A stretch of DNA of 63,427 bases, filler included, from Octopus bimaculoides (GCF_001194135.2; 4 parts of 4 records of this genome joined end to end with filler, not necessarily neighbours in it); one strand, 5' to 3'. Numbered from the whole stretch's first letter, positions 13,570 to 26,080 are shown. Translations and numbers: made by a program. Notes: generated by a model not told the origin, from the letters alone.

Positions 13570-14050
13570 CAAGGAAAATATGTGCAAACAGACTGAGGAG
13601 AGACATTTGCATAGTCAATTTTGGAAAGCTAATGAGCAAATATTTGGAACAAATTCCTGGGCTTGAAAAACAGGTAGAAAGTCTTGTTACAGCAACACAA
13701 GATCAAGTGATGCAAACAAAGAACTTGAGAATATGTGTTTGGGGAGAAGGTGTTGGCAAAACATATAGTATATGGAATTTGGGATGAAACAACGGGAATA
13801 GCCAATGTTGGCCTCGGAAGATTACACGAAATGGAGCCATAACCAAGTTGTGAAAGTGTTAGAAGCTGTAAATAAATGGTACAATCATTTGGTAGAAATT
13901 GCACTTGAGTCAGTCGGGAAAATGTAAGAACCGATAAAAATATAATACAGAAGAAGTTAGATATAACAATAATAGACAAGGAAAATCAAATTTGCGTCCA
14001 GATTGATCGATCATCTCCATTTGATTCCAAGAAATCAGATGAAAATTTGA
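13570..14050 (+). mobile_element. Second, more degenerate R4/Dong C-terminal fragment inserted after the (AAT)n tail
   Basis: VESLVTATQDQVMQTKNLR, HNQVVKV and KLDITIIDKENQICVQID..SPFDS motifs across frames. Confidence 0.6.
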
Positions 14051-14072
14051 ATAAAAACAACAACTTAATATT

Positions 14073-14423
14073 CAATCCCAGTGCTCAACTGGTACTTCTT
14101 TTATCGACCCCGAAAGTATGAAATGATAAGCCGACGTTAAGGCAATTTGAACTCAGATCGTAAAGACAGACGAAATGTGCTAAGCATTATCATAACTAGA
14201 ACAATATCTCTTTCTACAAAAGGCACAAGGCCTGAAATTTGAGAGGAGGGGTGCTAGTCGATTACATCAACCCCAGTACTCAACTGGCACTTATTTCATC
14301 GACCTCGAAAGGATGAACGGCAAAGTCGACCTCGGCGGAATTTGAACTCAGCATAAAGACAGACGAAATGCCGCTAAGCAGTTTGTCTGGCGTGCAAACG
14401 ATTCTGCTAACCGGCTGCATTTA

Positions 14424-14470
<47 letters not shown>

Positions 14471-14540
14471 TTAGTTTCACATTTTGGCACAAGGTCAAAA
14501 ATTTAGAGGGGAGGGTTTAGTCGTTTACATCGACCTCAGT
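14073..14540 (-). mobile_element. Cluster of three family-1 SINE copies (14073-14185, 14205-14420, 14473-14540)
   Basis: Family-1 body in the same orientation, with (AAT)n at 14425-14471. Confidence 0.8.
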
Positions 14541-14599
14541 TTTTAATAATATTAAAAATGGGATTAAAGGTAAATTTATTAGTGCAAGTAGTAGTGGAG

Positions 14600-16300
14600 T
14601 GAACCGGCGAGAACGAAGACCATTAGTTGTACACTTTATACTTCCCTCATTGTGCTGGTCTGGAGGGAGTTTCTAGCGAGTTTCCTTTGTTGGAGATTAT
14701 AATCTGTAATTAGGTTTAATATGAACATATTAACAGTCGGGTTTTCAGGGACTAAACCGGCAAACTCACTGTGTTTACTTGGTGAAAGGTTGGTATTTGG
14801 ACATCCTGCGGTAAGAAAGACAAGATTCATTAAATGGCAGGTGAACTCATAGGAGTCGACGGCCATCCAACAGACGGTATATGAGGGTAGGTGAAGACTC
14901 CCTGAGTCTTGGTTAACAAGCTACCTAGTGATGGTGTCAGGATAAAATTACTAGTGATTGCACAACCTTATAAATGCTACCTCACAATGAGTGACACCTT
15001 ATTCAAGTACGTTAACAGGTGTCGTACACGATAGGCAAGGAATATCTGATCAAGCTGCAGCATGATGTCATCAAACCATTGATCGGATCAAGATCAAAGT
15101 CAAAACTGCATTATGAGAAAGGGGAAAATAGCTAAAGAAGAATTTGATTGAATGTTGGCTGAGAATTGAGGCAAATAAAAGCAGTTTCATAAAACGAATG
15201 AAGAAAATATGAGATGAAAAGGGAATCTTTGATCCTTCCACCCAGCGATTAATGGACCAGGCAAGAGTAATTCGTATGAATGATTGGATTGGAATGGATT
15301 ACAGGATTAGAGGTTGGGGAAAACCAGAGATTAAAATATGAGCAGTGAGAGTGTAAAACAACAATAGTAGGAAGTGGAAATGAAGGGGTAAGAGATGAAG
15401 AAAACGAAAAAGAAGCACGTAACCAAGTGCCTGAGAATGCTGACGAAGTATTAGATAGTGGAGGTGATTTAGCTGGACGAGTGACAATAAACGTTGAACT
15501 AGACTTGAACAATGGAATGAAGGCGATTCTAGAAACGCTGCAAGATAAAATGTTTGGTGTGAACAATGAAGTGCCATCAAATGTAAGATATATGGAAAGA
15601 GGAAAGATAAGCAGTGTTACGGGCAAATTAAATGTTTCGAGCTTGGCTAAAACAGAATATTAGTGACCATCTAAACATAAATGCCGCTAATGTTGTAATT
15701 AATAAGATACAAGGAGAATACTGTTGAAGGGGAAGGAAAAGAAAGAACCAAACTAGAGGAAGGGAATACTAATGAAGTTGGAAAAGACAAGAAAAGAACT
15801 AGGGTAAACTAAATTGGAGAATGAGAGGAAAACCCAAGAATTAGTAATCAGAAAATGAAATGGACAGTAAAGGTTAGAAGAGATGCAAAAGCAAACAGTA
15901 CATAAAGAAATGTCACAGAGGGAGACGACGTCAAAGGACAATTGAAAAGGTATGATGCTTGATGCAAAGGTTTGGAAGTGAGTAGATTGTTTCAATCAAG
16001 CAGAAGAGGTCTTTCTGAGTAAATACAGGTAGGACAACATCAGGCATTGATTTCTGATACGTAAGTAAGTAAAGTATTTGGTGGAGAACTTCGGAACGGG
16101 CCAGTGACACATAAAAAGAGTGCAGAGCACTTGCGACTGTGCCAAGAAAAAAAGGACGTCAAAATTTATCTGTATTCAATGAGACTGAAGTTCAAAACTT
16201 ATAGCAAATTGGAAGGTACCTGTTCCGGATGGAGTACAAGGTTAGTGGCTGACGATTATGGGTTGACGAATTTGAAAGACTTCGATAAAAGCATTGCGAC
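14600..16300 (+). mobile_element. Highly degenerate LINE, probably RTE-like (APE endonuclease remnant)
   Basis: EENEKEARNQVPENADEVLDSGGDLAGRV...AILE resembles the EEKE.FW..L......GGDLNGHVG...ILE segment of RTE endonucleases. Purine-rich sense strand with many stops. Boundaries approximate. Confidence 0.45.
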
Positions 16301-16539
16301 ATATATACGAGTGTGTATGAAATGTTCCTGGCTTTGGGTAAAAGCAAATACAGGAGGATCAGTTAATTACGATTTTATCCAATATATTCCTTTCTCAGAT
16401 TTACACACTCATTGCAGCGGTCCTTCAATTTTTCTGAACCCTATAAAGGAACTCGGAAGTTTGGATCTCCAACCAGGTCTTTCGCGATAGTCTTAAAATC
16501 CGGCACGTTTCAGTAACACACACACACAAATATATATAT

Positions 16540-16755
16540 AATTGTGTGTGTCACCATGTATCTACGTTTCTCTGACCACAGCGCATGACACAATGGGTGT
16601 TGGTTAGCTTACGTCCGTATATTTTAGTGGTTCAGCAAAAAGGATTCCAACGGAATAAGTGTCAGTAATCAAAAACATAAATAATAGCACCCAAGGACTT
16701 CTCCAAGGACGCGCCCAAGCATGGCCGCAGACCAAATACTGGGACGAGTAAAAAC
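16540..16755 (+). mobile_element. Degenerate family-2 SINE 3' half
   Basis: Ends in CCAAGCATGGCCGCAG...ACGAGTAAAA, like the tail at 31495-31555. Confidence 0.55.
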
Positions 16756-16950
16756 TGTACTAAGAATTAACAATATTATATAAATAATAAGCGCGGAAGA
16801 AAACAAAGCAACATCGAAAGCAATTAATAAAGTCAACAAGAAGACAAAGAAAAAAAATGGCAACAAAAAATGGCGAAGAATGCTAAGATATAAGTGAAAA
16901 GGTTGAAAAAATTCTCCACCACTAATGCAAGACGAACGACGACGATAACA

Positions 16951-17040
16951 GCAGCAGCAGCGATAGCAGCAGCAGCAGCGATAGCAGCAGAAGCAGCGAT
17001 AGCAGCAGTAGCAGCGATAGCAGCAGCAGCAGCGATAGCG
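16951..17040. repeat. 18-bp minisatellite (GCAGCAGCAGCGATAGCA) x5
   Basis: Five consecutive units with single substitutions. Confidence 0.9.
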
Positions 17041-17123
17041 CCAGTAAGAATGACAATAGCAGATACAATTAAATATGACAAACATCTCTGTTTAGTGTGC
17101 ATGTGTGTGTGTGTGTGTGTCTG

Positions 17124-17250
<127 letters not shown>

Positions 17251-17856
17251 NNNNNNNNNNNNNNNNNNNNNNNNNNNNNNNNNNNNNNNNNNNNNNNNNN
17301 NNNNNNNNNNNNNNNNNNNNNNNNNNNNNNNNNNNNNNNNNNNNNNNNNNNNNNNNNNNNNNNNNNNNNNNNNNNNNNNNNNNNNNNNNNNNNNNNNNNN
17401 NNNNNNNNNNNNNNNNNNNNNNNNNNNNNNNNNNNNNNNNNNNNNNNNNNNNNNNNNNNNNNNNNNNNNNNNNNNNNNAGTGTGTGTGTATATATAAATA
17501 TATATATAAACATATATATATATGTATATATACATGCATATGTGTATGTCTATTTATCTACCCATCTATCCACCTATCTCCCTATCTCTCTCTATATATA
17601 TATATGTGTGTGTATGTTTATCTATATGTACATGTTTGTGTTTGTTTGTATCTGTGTGTGTGTGGGTGGGTGACAGTTGTTTGCCTACACGTCTTGTATT
17701 GTAAGCATTTTGAATCTACTAACGACACTCTCGTTGACTCTAATTTTCGTGAAAAAAATGTGCAAGTAAAATGTGGGAAATGTGAAAACCGAATAAACAT
17801 GACATTAGAGGAGGAAAAAAAACTAATAAACAAATGAAAGAAATAATAATAATAAC

Positions 17857-17915
<59 letters not shown>

Positions 17916-18684
17916 TAATAGCAATTGTTCGTTTAAGTCGTCAATAATGTTATCAGATTTGCATAGGTGTGACCACTTGCAAAACAACAATGGCGGGAGC
18001 AACAGCATTCACACCATCATCAGCGGCAGCACCATCCCAGATTTTAGTAGCGTTAGCAGCATCAGCAGCAATATCATCATTAGCTCCGACAGTCACATTA
18101 AGTAATAATCAGACAATTATGTAGAGAGATAGAACTGCTCCAATATGGCCAGGTGGTGATGGTGGGGGAGCGTATATTAAAATAAACAATGCAAAGCAAC
18201 GATGACATGTCGTGTTGATTGTTGTACTCTTTCCATTCTCTCTCTCCTTTTCTATCTGTGTGTCCGTCTGTACGTCTGTCTGTCACTCTGGCTGTTTGTC
18301 AGTTTGATTTTACACATACGCACACACATATATACGCATACACACACATATACACACATACATATATACACACATACACATATACATATACACACATACA
18401 CATACACGCACACATATATATATATATACACACATATTCACATATGCATATGTATGGACTTATAGCTATACGTCTAGATATACAAATTATATCGATTCTT
18501 TATTAATCACAACAATCGTTTCGACCCGTCTTCCATCGACATCTCCTGGGTCGGATTNNNNNNNNNNTAGTTAATTTTCATATATATATGTATATATACT
18601 AGAGACGAAAAATATGTGCATCCGTGTGTATGCATGAATACATATGAGTGTATGTATGTCTACGTATATATAAATACACACATA

Positions 18685-18717
<33 letters not shown>

Positions 18718-18857
18718 GTGGTACCACCTATGTGAATAGTCAAAAATCAAACTATTTCCTATTAGGGAAAGTTTCATGTATAGTCTTTAGTTGATTTTTG
18801 AGGGTTGTGACAATATATTTCTTTGTAATACATTAGTTACAATGTCTTTTCAATTAA

Positions 18858-19100
18858 TATCTTATTTTCTGTGCTACATAATTTCACGATACATTTGTAT
18901 ATTCTCGATAACAAATGCTATTCTATAACTGCCATTTGAATAACTATTATTCGCCGGAAATCCATTTGAAACTTGCCATACTCATTCACTTAAATCTATG
19001 AAATAATTTAAATTTTCCACTATACTTTTATAATAGATGTATTTACTCTGCGTTGCGTATGGAGTACCCTTTACTTTCTTGGTGAAACATTTAAATGTAG
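18858..19100. repeat. Unclassified dispersed repeat, copy 1 (copy 2 at 20211-20428, same orientation)
   Basis: Shared TGCTACATA.TTTCACGATACATTTGTATATTCTCGATAACAAATGCTATTCTAT...TATTCGCCGGAAAT...TTTTCCACTATACTTTTATAATAGATGTATT. Confidence 0.85.
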
Positions 19101-19301
19101 TTTGAAATTTCGGTCCCTATTTATACGACTAATACTTAATTGTGTCATCGGAAATTAGTTTTCTATTCAACATAATGTGCTCTGAGTGTTCTCAGTTAAA
19201 TTCCCTCATTAGCTTTTAATATGGATTTTCACGTTTGATTTAATCGACAGAAATATTTAGGTTATTCTGCTAGTTATTCTCCGAAGCTGTAACAATTCAG
19301 C

Positions 19302-19389
<88 letters not shown>

Positions 19390-20151
19390 TAATATTTAAG
19401 AATGATTCCCATGAAGGAAGTCCAAAAGGTACGTCACAGTTAATGACAAGAGCATTGTTGCTGTAAATTTTCTTTCCTTTTTTTCCCTTTATTTTCTTTG
19501 TTTACTTTTTATATAATTTTTCCTCTTTCTCTCTGTCTTTCTTCCCCTTTTTCTCTATCACAAGACTTTGTAAAGGACCAATCTGGTGTGATTATTTTAA
19601 AGGCTTCCCAATGTAGTGCTTTTCTCTGCTTTAGGTGTCAAGAAGATACTCGGCAAGAAGTGGAAACAGGATTGAAAGAAGATGATAATGAAAATAATAA
19701 GATGGATTACAGCAAATATTCTGCTCGATACCACAGATTTTCCTGTCAGTTGTTTGACCTTAACCAGTTGAGCATGTCCCTTGGTGGCTGACGATATGTG
19801 CATCTCTGATCATGAGCAGAAGTAGTGAGGGAGCATCATAGCCATGTGTTGTGAGGAATTTTTTTGGGTTTGGATAATACACCTTTGGAGACATGGGAGT
19901 TTCGTTCAATATCCTTAAACAATCCTTATTCAGGAACCTTTTGAGCGGGATGGGCTACTGAAGAAAATTCTAAATGGACCCCACCTGCAAGACCATGCCC
20001 TGTTTATCTTGATATGAGATCACCTTCTAGCCCCCACAAGGTTGTGATGTATGTGCCTAGTGTACCCTTATCAGGTAGCCATAATGGGTATACTGGGCTT
20101 CGTATATTTTACCCTAGTGTCAGTTTGATGGCATGCACTGCTCTCTCACTC

Positions 20152-20212
<61 letters not shown>

Positions 20213-20494
20213 TCTGTTTTAGTATGCTACATACTTTCACGATACATTTGTATATTCTCGATAACAAATGCTATTCTATTACCGCCATTTGAATGACTAT
20301 TATTCGCCGGAAATTCATTTGATGCTTGCCATACTCATTCACTTTTCCACTATACTTTTATAATAGATGTATTGACTCTGTGTTGCGTATGGGTTCCCTC
20401 TACTTTCATTGTGAAACGTTTGAATGAACGGAATAACTCTCACAATACATCGAAAAGAAACGAAGAAACTTTTAAAAGACACTAACAAATATGT

Positions 20495-20702
<208 letters not shown>

Positions 20703-20802
20703 NNNNNNNNNNNNNNNNNNNNNNNNNNNNNNNNNNNNNNNNNNNNTTAATTAATTAANNNNNNNNNNNNNNNNNNNNNNNNNNNNNNNNNNNNNNNNNN
20801 NN

Positions 20803-20862
<60 letters not shown>

Positions 20863-20930
20863 GAGTAAATGGACAAACGAAAGAAAAGGACACTCAACAC
20901 ATTTAGTAGGCGTTACATGTATCATATTAA

Positions 20931-21107
20931 ACAGTTTGATTCGGTTTCCGTGCTATCTCAAGTTTCGAAGGCCCCTAACGGAGTCAGTCTCCTTCAAGGC
21001 TCTGGAATGGCCAAATGAAGAAACCTCTTCATTCGGCCGTTCCAAAGGCCGAAGGAAACTTGAAGGAAACTGCAAAACTTGAAGTAGCACGGAAACCGAA
21101 TCAAACT

Positions 21108-21109
<2 letters not shown>
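20931..21109. mobile_element. 179-bp MITE/foldback element with ~35-bp terminal inverted repeats
   Basis: ACAGTTTGATTCGGTTTCCGTGCTA at 20931 matches the reverse complement of the end at 21109 over 25 nt, continuing imperfectly to ~35 nt. CAG..CTG termini with TA on the right suggest the Tc1/mariner type. Confidence 0.75.
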
Positions 21110-21138
<29 letters not shown>

Positions 21139-21139
21139 G

Positions 21140-21470
21140 CTTCAGAAGGAGTCACCGAAAATGAGAACTGCAAAATCCTGTGGGATGCAATCACCAATGC
21201 GATCACCCGATCAGACATCGAAAACCGGACATTGTTGTGGTGAATAAAAAAAAAAGAACAAAAGAACATGTATGATAATCGACATAGCATGCCTCAATGA
21301 CAACAAGATTAATGTGAAAGAAGAAGAAAAAAATAAACAACTACGACGATTTGAAGCGGGAAATACGAAGGTTGTGGTCAATGAAGAGAGTAGAGGTGAT
21401 GCCAATTGTAATTGGTGCACTTGGAAGTATCAGTACTCAATTACCAACATGGCTGAAAAATATCGGTGCA
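21140..21470 (+). mobile_element. R4/Dong RLE-domain fragment inserted in (AAT)n
   Basis: EGVTENENCKILWD..., IIDIACLNDNKINVKEEEK, RRLWSMKRVEVMPIVIGALGSIS across frames. Confidence 0.8.
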
Positions 21471-23270
21471 AGGGGTTTGTGTTTAATGATCATAGGGGTT
21501 AATGGTCATTAACACATACCTCTTCTATCTCTCCTAGATCTCTATATCTCTTATATCTGCCTTACCTCTTATATCCCTTCTATCTACCTTACCTCATAAT
21601 CTTATGAGATAAATATTAATTCTTTAATTTACCCTTAATTTATTTTTAAATCTTAACCCAATAAAATCCCTAATATCTAATTCTAAATCCCACTCATAAA
21701 TAATTTAACATTCAAATAGCTCCTCCATCTTTTCCTGCAAAGAGACGAATTCTTTGCAAATATATTTTTACAGCTCAATCTGGGACGGTTACCTTTCTAT
21801 GCTTGAAAATTGGGTGTTTGCAGCAATTTTCGCAAAACTAGTGCCTCCATGTGTGCATTTCTCGCTCACCGATGTTTGTATCTTGTTTTGCTTTCGCCAA
21901 GCAAGTTTTCCACAACTTGCAACATAAACGAAATTAAAACTATTTTCTAAATATTTTTCCTGATTGACAGCAATTGTATGCGTGTACGTTGTTACTGCTT
22001 TAATTACATTGCATAAATTTGCATTTTGAGATGTTAAATATTAATTGTCAATGATGTTTGAGAGTAAGTGCTCATTTCATTTGCAATATTTTTTGTTGTA
22101 ATTTTGTTAATCATGTTTTAAAATTCGTTTATGTGTTTTCAAAGATTGCTCCTACAGTTTGTTTTGAAGGGGCAATAATTATTCTGCTTCTTGTTAACAT
22201 CTTTCATCGTTCCTCTCGTTGAGGAATACATGTTGAATATTGTATTTAAAAAAATTTAAAACAAAATGTCTGAAAAATAAACTCTCCCAATATATGGACT
22301 AGACGTCTTGACGTACAAAAGCTCGTTCCCTCGTAGAATATTCTAGAAGGAAAAAATAAATTCTATCCACACAAAAAGCAAACAAAAGGCAAAAGAACTT
22401 GATAATCTTGTTATATTTACGCTGTCATAAGAGACATTCGCAAACACAAAAGTATGTTTTCTTATGTAGACACAAAGACAGATAAAATGATAACAACAAC
22501 AATGATTTTTGATTTAGGCACAAGGCATGCACTTTTGAGGGGAGGAGGTGGCCATTGACTCTAGTATTGTTGTTAATACTAATGTTGTTGCTACAATTGT
22601 TAGTTACCACTACGTCTGTAGTGTTTGTATAGTAGGAGGGTTGACTGCGAGCTGCATGTTACCCTTTCAAAATCACTCCTTTTTTTACTGACCAGCAGAC
22701 AAGAAGGAAGACATTTTGAAAATTTTTGCTTTGCTTTGGAAAACTTTTATTTCTAAAATTTTGTTCCGGAGAGCAAGTAAGAATGAAACGTTGACCACGT
22801 TGACCTGACTCGTATAGCTCTGGTCAACTCAATAACAAGACAAAACAATAAAATCAACAGCAGCCCTATAAAAATTACAGAAAAAACAAAGACACGAACT
22901 CACGGAACCTCCAAAACACACTCAGCGATGAACAACAACAACAACATCAACTTCTAATTTAGAGACAGACTTTCAAATATTACGAAGCTTTTTGCTGGTA
23001 AAGCGCTAAAAAAAAAATCCTTACATTTTTCTTGACGTAATCCTGGCAGAAATCACAGTGCTATAAACTCGTGCGCCCACGTTAAATAGCAGCAGTAGTA
23101 GTAGCAGCAGCAGCAATATCAACGACAGTACCATCCTCCTCCTCCTCCTCCTCCCCACCTCATCCTCATTATCATCATCATCAGCTGCAGCAGCAACAGC
23201 AGCGGCAACAATAACAATAACAGTAATGACATCAACAATCACAACACACACACCCACACACGCACGCACA

Positions 23271-23302
<32 letters not shown>

Positions 23303-23604
23303 TGAAAAGTGGAAGAACCAGAGCTAGACGTAGAGAAAAAAATCAGAAAAGCAAGAAAGACTTCTGCAATATCTTTATTTCTCATTTTATAGGAGAATTT
23401 CCAGGAAAATTCTAATTAATTATTAATTAAAAATGCATCATTAATAAAAAATCAATTGAATATAACAAATGAAGTAAACATAATCATTCAGATTCTGAAT
23501 ATCTTTCACAGAGTCTTGATTATAATGAATACTTAAAATACAATCTTAACTTCGTACAGTAATGGCTATAAGTTGGTGGGTGCGTTCGAATGAGAGACTC
23601 TCTA

Positions 23605-23820
23605 AGGCAGCGAGTTGGCAGAAACGTTAGCACGCCGGGTGAAATACTTAGCGAGATTTCGTCTGTCTTCATGTTGTGAGTTCAAATTCTGCCGAGGTCG
23701 ACTTTGCCTTTCATCCTTTCGAGGTCGATAAATTAAGTACTTGTTGCGTACTGCGGTCGATCTAATCGACTGGCTCCCTCCTCCAAAATTTCGGGCCTTG
23801 TGCCTAGAGTAGAAAAAAAT
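23605..23820 (+). mobile_element. Full-length family-1 SINE
   Basis: AGGCAGCGAGTTGGCAGAAACGTTAGC...GAGTTCAAATTCTGCCGAGGTCGACTTTGCCTTTCATCCTTTCG...CCTTGTGCCTAGAGTAGAAAA. Confidence 0.85.
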
Positions 23821-24081
23821 GAGAGACTCTCTCTCTACGCGCTCACTCTCAGATTGCTGCGGGAATATGGAGAAGATTGATCGAGCCTTGATGAAAGCCT
23901 GTATACGGAGGATATTCTTTTATATGTTTCAGTCATTTGACTGCGGCAATGCTGGAGCACTGCATTTAGTCGAAGTAATCGGCCCCCAGGACTTATTCTT
24001 TGTAAGCCTAGTACTTATTATAATGTACATAGATATAAATATCTATCAATCTCTTTCTTTCTCTCCTCCCCTCTCTCCCTT

Positions 24082-24115
<34 letters not shown>

Positions 24116-24750
24116 AACATATCTACACACTCAAACACACACACATATACGTACGTGTACATATATACATAAATAAATATGACCAAACCCACCTTCAAGA
24201 CACACATATATGATTTATATACACACGTATACATTCACATACTCATCATTTAAATCTACACAAGTATCTAAACTTTACATTCAACTATATGTCTCCTTTC
24301 ATATGTCTTTCCTTCTTCTCATTGTTTCCCTCTTCTCCCATTGTTTTTTCCTTTCTTCATTTCTTGTACAAACTTCCGTGTCACGCTCTCCTCGCACCGC
24401 ACCTATTTTAAATATTCACATTTATACACTTGCCTATACAAGTTTAATTTTCTTAAACAACAATTCCCTTCAGCTATTAACATCAGTTTACTTTCAGACA
24501 CACATACAAACTCATACACTCACACCTACATGTTTGGAAACAGATATTCACTTCGATGTAAATACGATCATACACACATGTAAAATGTCTCCCCTTTTCT
24601 AGTACTAAACGTTCAGCCTCACATACTGAGCGAACGAAGACTAATCCCATTTTCTGGCATTGGAACCTTTATCTTATTTTCTTACCCTTTTACTTCCAGT
24701 TTTAAATGAAAATAGCTTAACACTTAAACTAAGTGTTAAACACATTTTCT

Positions 24751-24901
24751 ACATTGTTTACATTATTTACATTTGACGGATATTTGTCATCATTTTGTTT
24801 GTTGTTAACACAGCATTTCGGCTGAAATACCTTCCAGCCTTCATCAGGTGTCTTGGTGAGATTTCGAATCTGGGTTCTCATTCCTAAGGTATTTTTCAAT
24901 G

Positions 24902-24971
<70 letters not shown>

Positions 24972-25018
24972 AGTCACTGCCTGGAATCGAACTCGGAATC
25001 TTAACCACTACGCCATAT
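24751..25018 (-). mobile_element. tRNA-(AAT)n-hammerhead element, copy A (inverted arm; HHR core mutated, tRNA head partly deleted)
   Basis: Reverse complement of copy B. HHR region 24807-24852 reads GAAAUGCU instead of GAAACGUU. Confidence 0.85.
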
Positions 25019-25025
25019 GTCCTTG

Positions 25026-25095
25026 CGCATATAGCGTAGTGGTTAAAAGCGCGGGCTATTAACCCCAAGATTCCGAGTTCGATTCCAGGCAGTGA

Positions 25096-25140
<45 letters not shown>

Positions 25141-25325
25141 CATTGAAAAATACCTTAGGAATGAGAACCCAGGTTCGAAATTTCTCCAAGGCACCTGATG
25201 AAGGCTGGAGGGTATATCAGCTGAAACGTTGTGTTAACAACAAACAAGATGAGGACAAATATCCGTCAAATGTAAATAATGTAAATAATGTACATAATTC
25301 CTTATCTCTTAAATATAGAACTGTA
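25026..25325 (+). mobile_element. tRNA-(AAT)n-hammerhead element, copy B (full-length)
   Basis: A box TAGCGTAGTGG, B box GAGTTCGATTCC, (AAT)n, HHR 25190-25235 (GGCAC CUGAUGA A GGCUG..CAGCU GAAACGUU GUGUU), tail ending AAATATAGAACTGTA. Confidence 0.9.
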
Positions 25326-25327
25326 TT

Positions 25328-25525
25328 ATTTTCTACTATAGGTAGAAGGTCAGAAATTTTGGGGGAAAGGGTTAGTTGATTACGTCGAGACACAATTGGT
25401 ACTTATTTTATCGACCCTAAAATGATAAAAAGTGAAGTTCACCTTGGTGGAATTGAACTCAGAACGTAAAACCAAGAGAAGTACTGCTAAGCATTTTGTG
25501 CAGTGGGCTAACGATTCTGCCAACT
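25328..25525 (-). mobile_element. Family-1 SINE
   Basis: Family-1 body on the minus strand. Confidence 0.75.
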
Positions 25526-25876
25526 ATCGATTTTTCGTAAACCAGTCTTTATTGAAGAAATTATACAAGTGCAATATATTTATTCCACGTAAGACCGAGA
25601 GCCATTAAATGGAAAAATTACAACAGGTAACTCCCACCTTTGAAAATAAAGAATATACTTATTAGCCCTTTAACTGTTGTGTTCTGTATCACGTAATGTT
25701 TAACTATTGTATAACGTACATCCATATATATTAAGCCCCTATATATTACAATATTTATAGCTTATAATGATTATGTTTTCTGATAAAAACCGGTTTTCTT
25801 AATTGTTTCTTTCTTTTCTCAAATACCTAAAGTAACAATTCGATAAAATGCATATCAGATCGATAAATAAGTTCCA

Positions 25877-25958
<82 letters not shown>

Positions 25959-26044
25959 AAAACGAAGAACAAACACAAAAAAAAAACAACAACGCGAAGA
26001 CGTTGTAAAGTATTAGCAGACGCCCTGCGAAGGAAAGAAAGGTT

Positions 26045-26080
26045 GTTTTACGTTTCGAGCAAAGCTCTTCTTCAGTTGAC
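26045..26080 (-). ncRNA. Minimal hammerhead-like motif (GAGC/GCUC stem II family), stem I unpaired
   Basis: CUGAAGA A GAGC UUU GCUC GAAACGUA on the minus strand. Confidence 0.55.

Noticed and set aside
20747-20758. TTAATTAATTAA island between N runs, repeated at 32249-32260 and 61276-61287
   Set aside because: Each is flanked by exactly 44 N on both sides (100 bp in total) and has stops in all six frames: an artificial scaffolding spacer, not biology.
21480-21720. G-poor stretch resembling a mitochondrial insertion
   Set aside because: No recognisable mitochondrial protein or RNA motif on manual translation; more likely a retroelement UTR or low-complexity sequence.
24744-24752. ATTTTCTAC as TSD of the copy A/B pair (also 25328-25336)
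   Set aside because: The right-hand match overlaps the tail of an adjacent family-1 SINE and the motif is short and AT-rich, so it cannot be distinguished from chance.
25026-25100. Apparent tRNA genes (also 27205-27280, 36745-36820, 8760-8838)
   Set aside because: A and B boxes are present, but acceptor and anticodon stems pair poorly and each is embedded in a repeated SINE body, so they are SINE heads.
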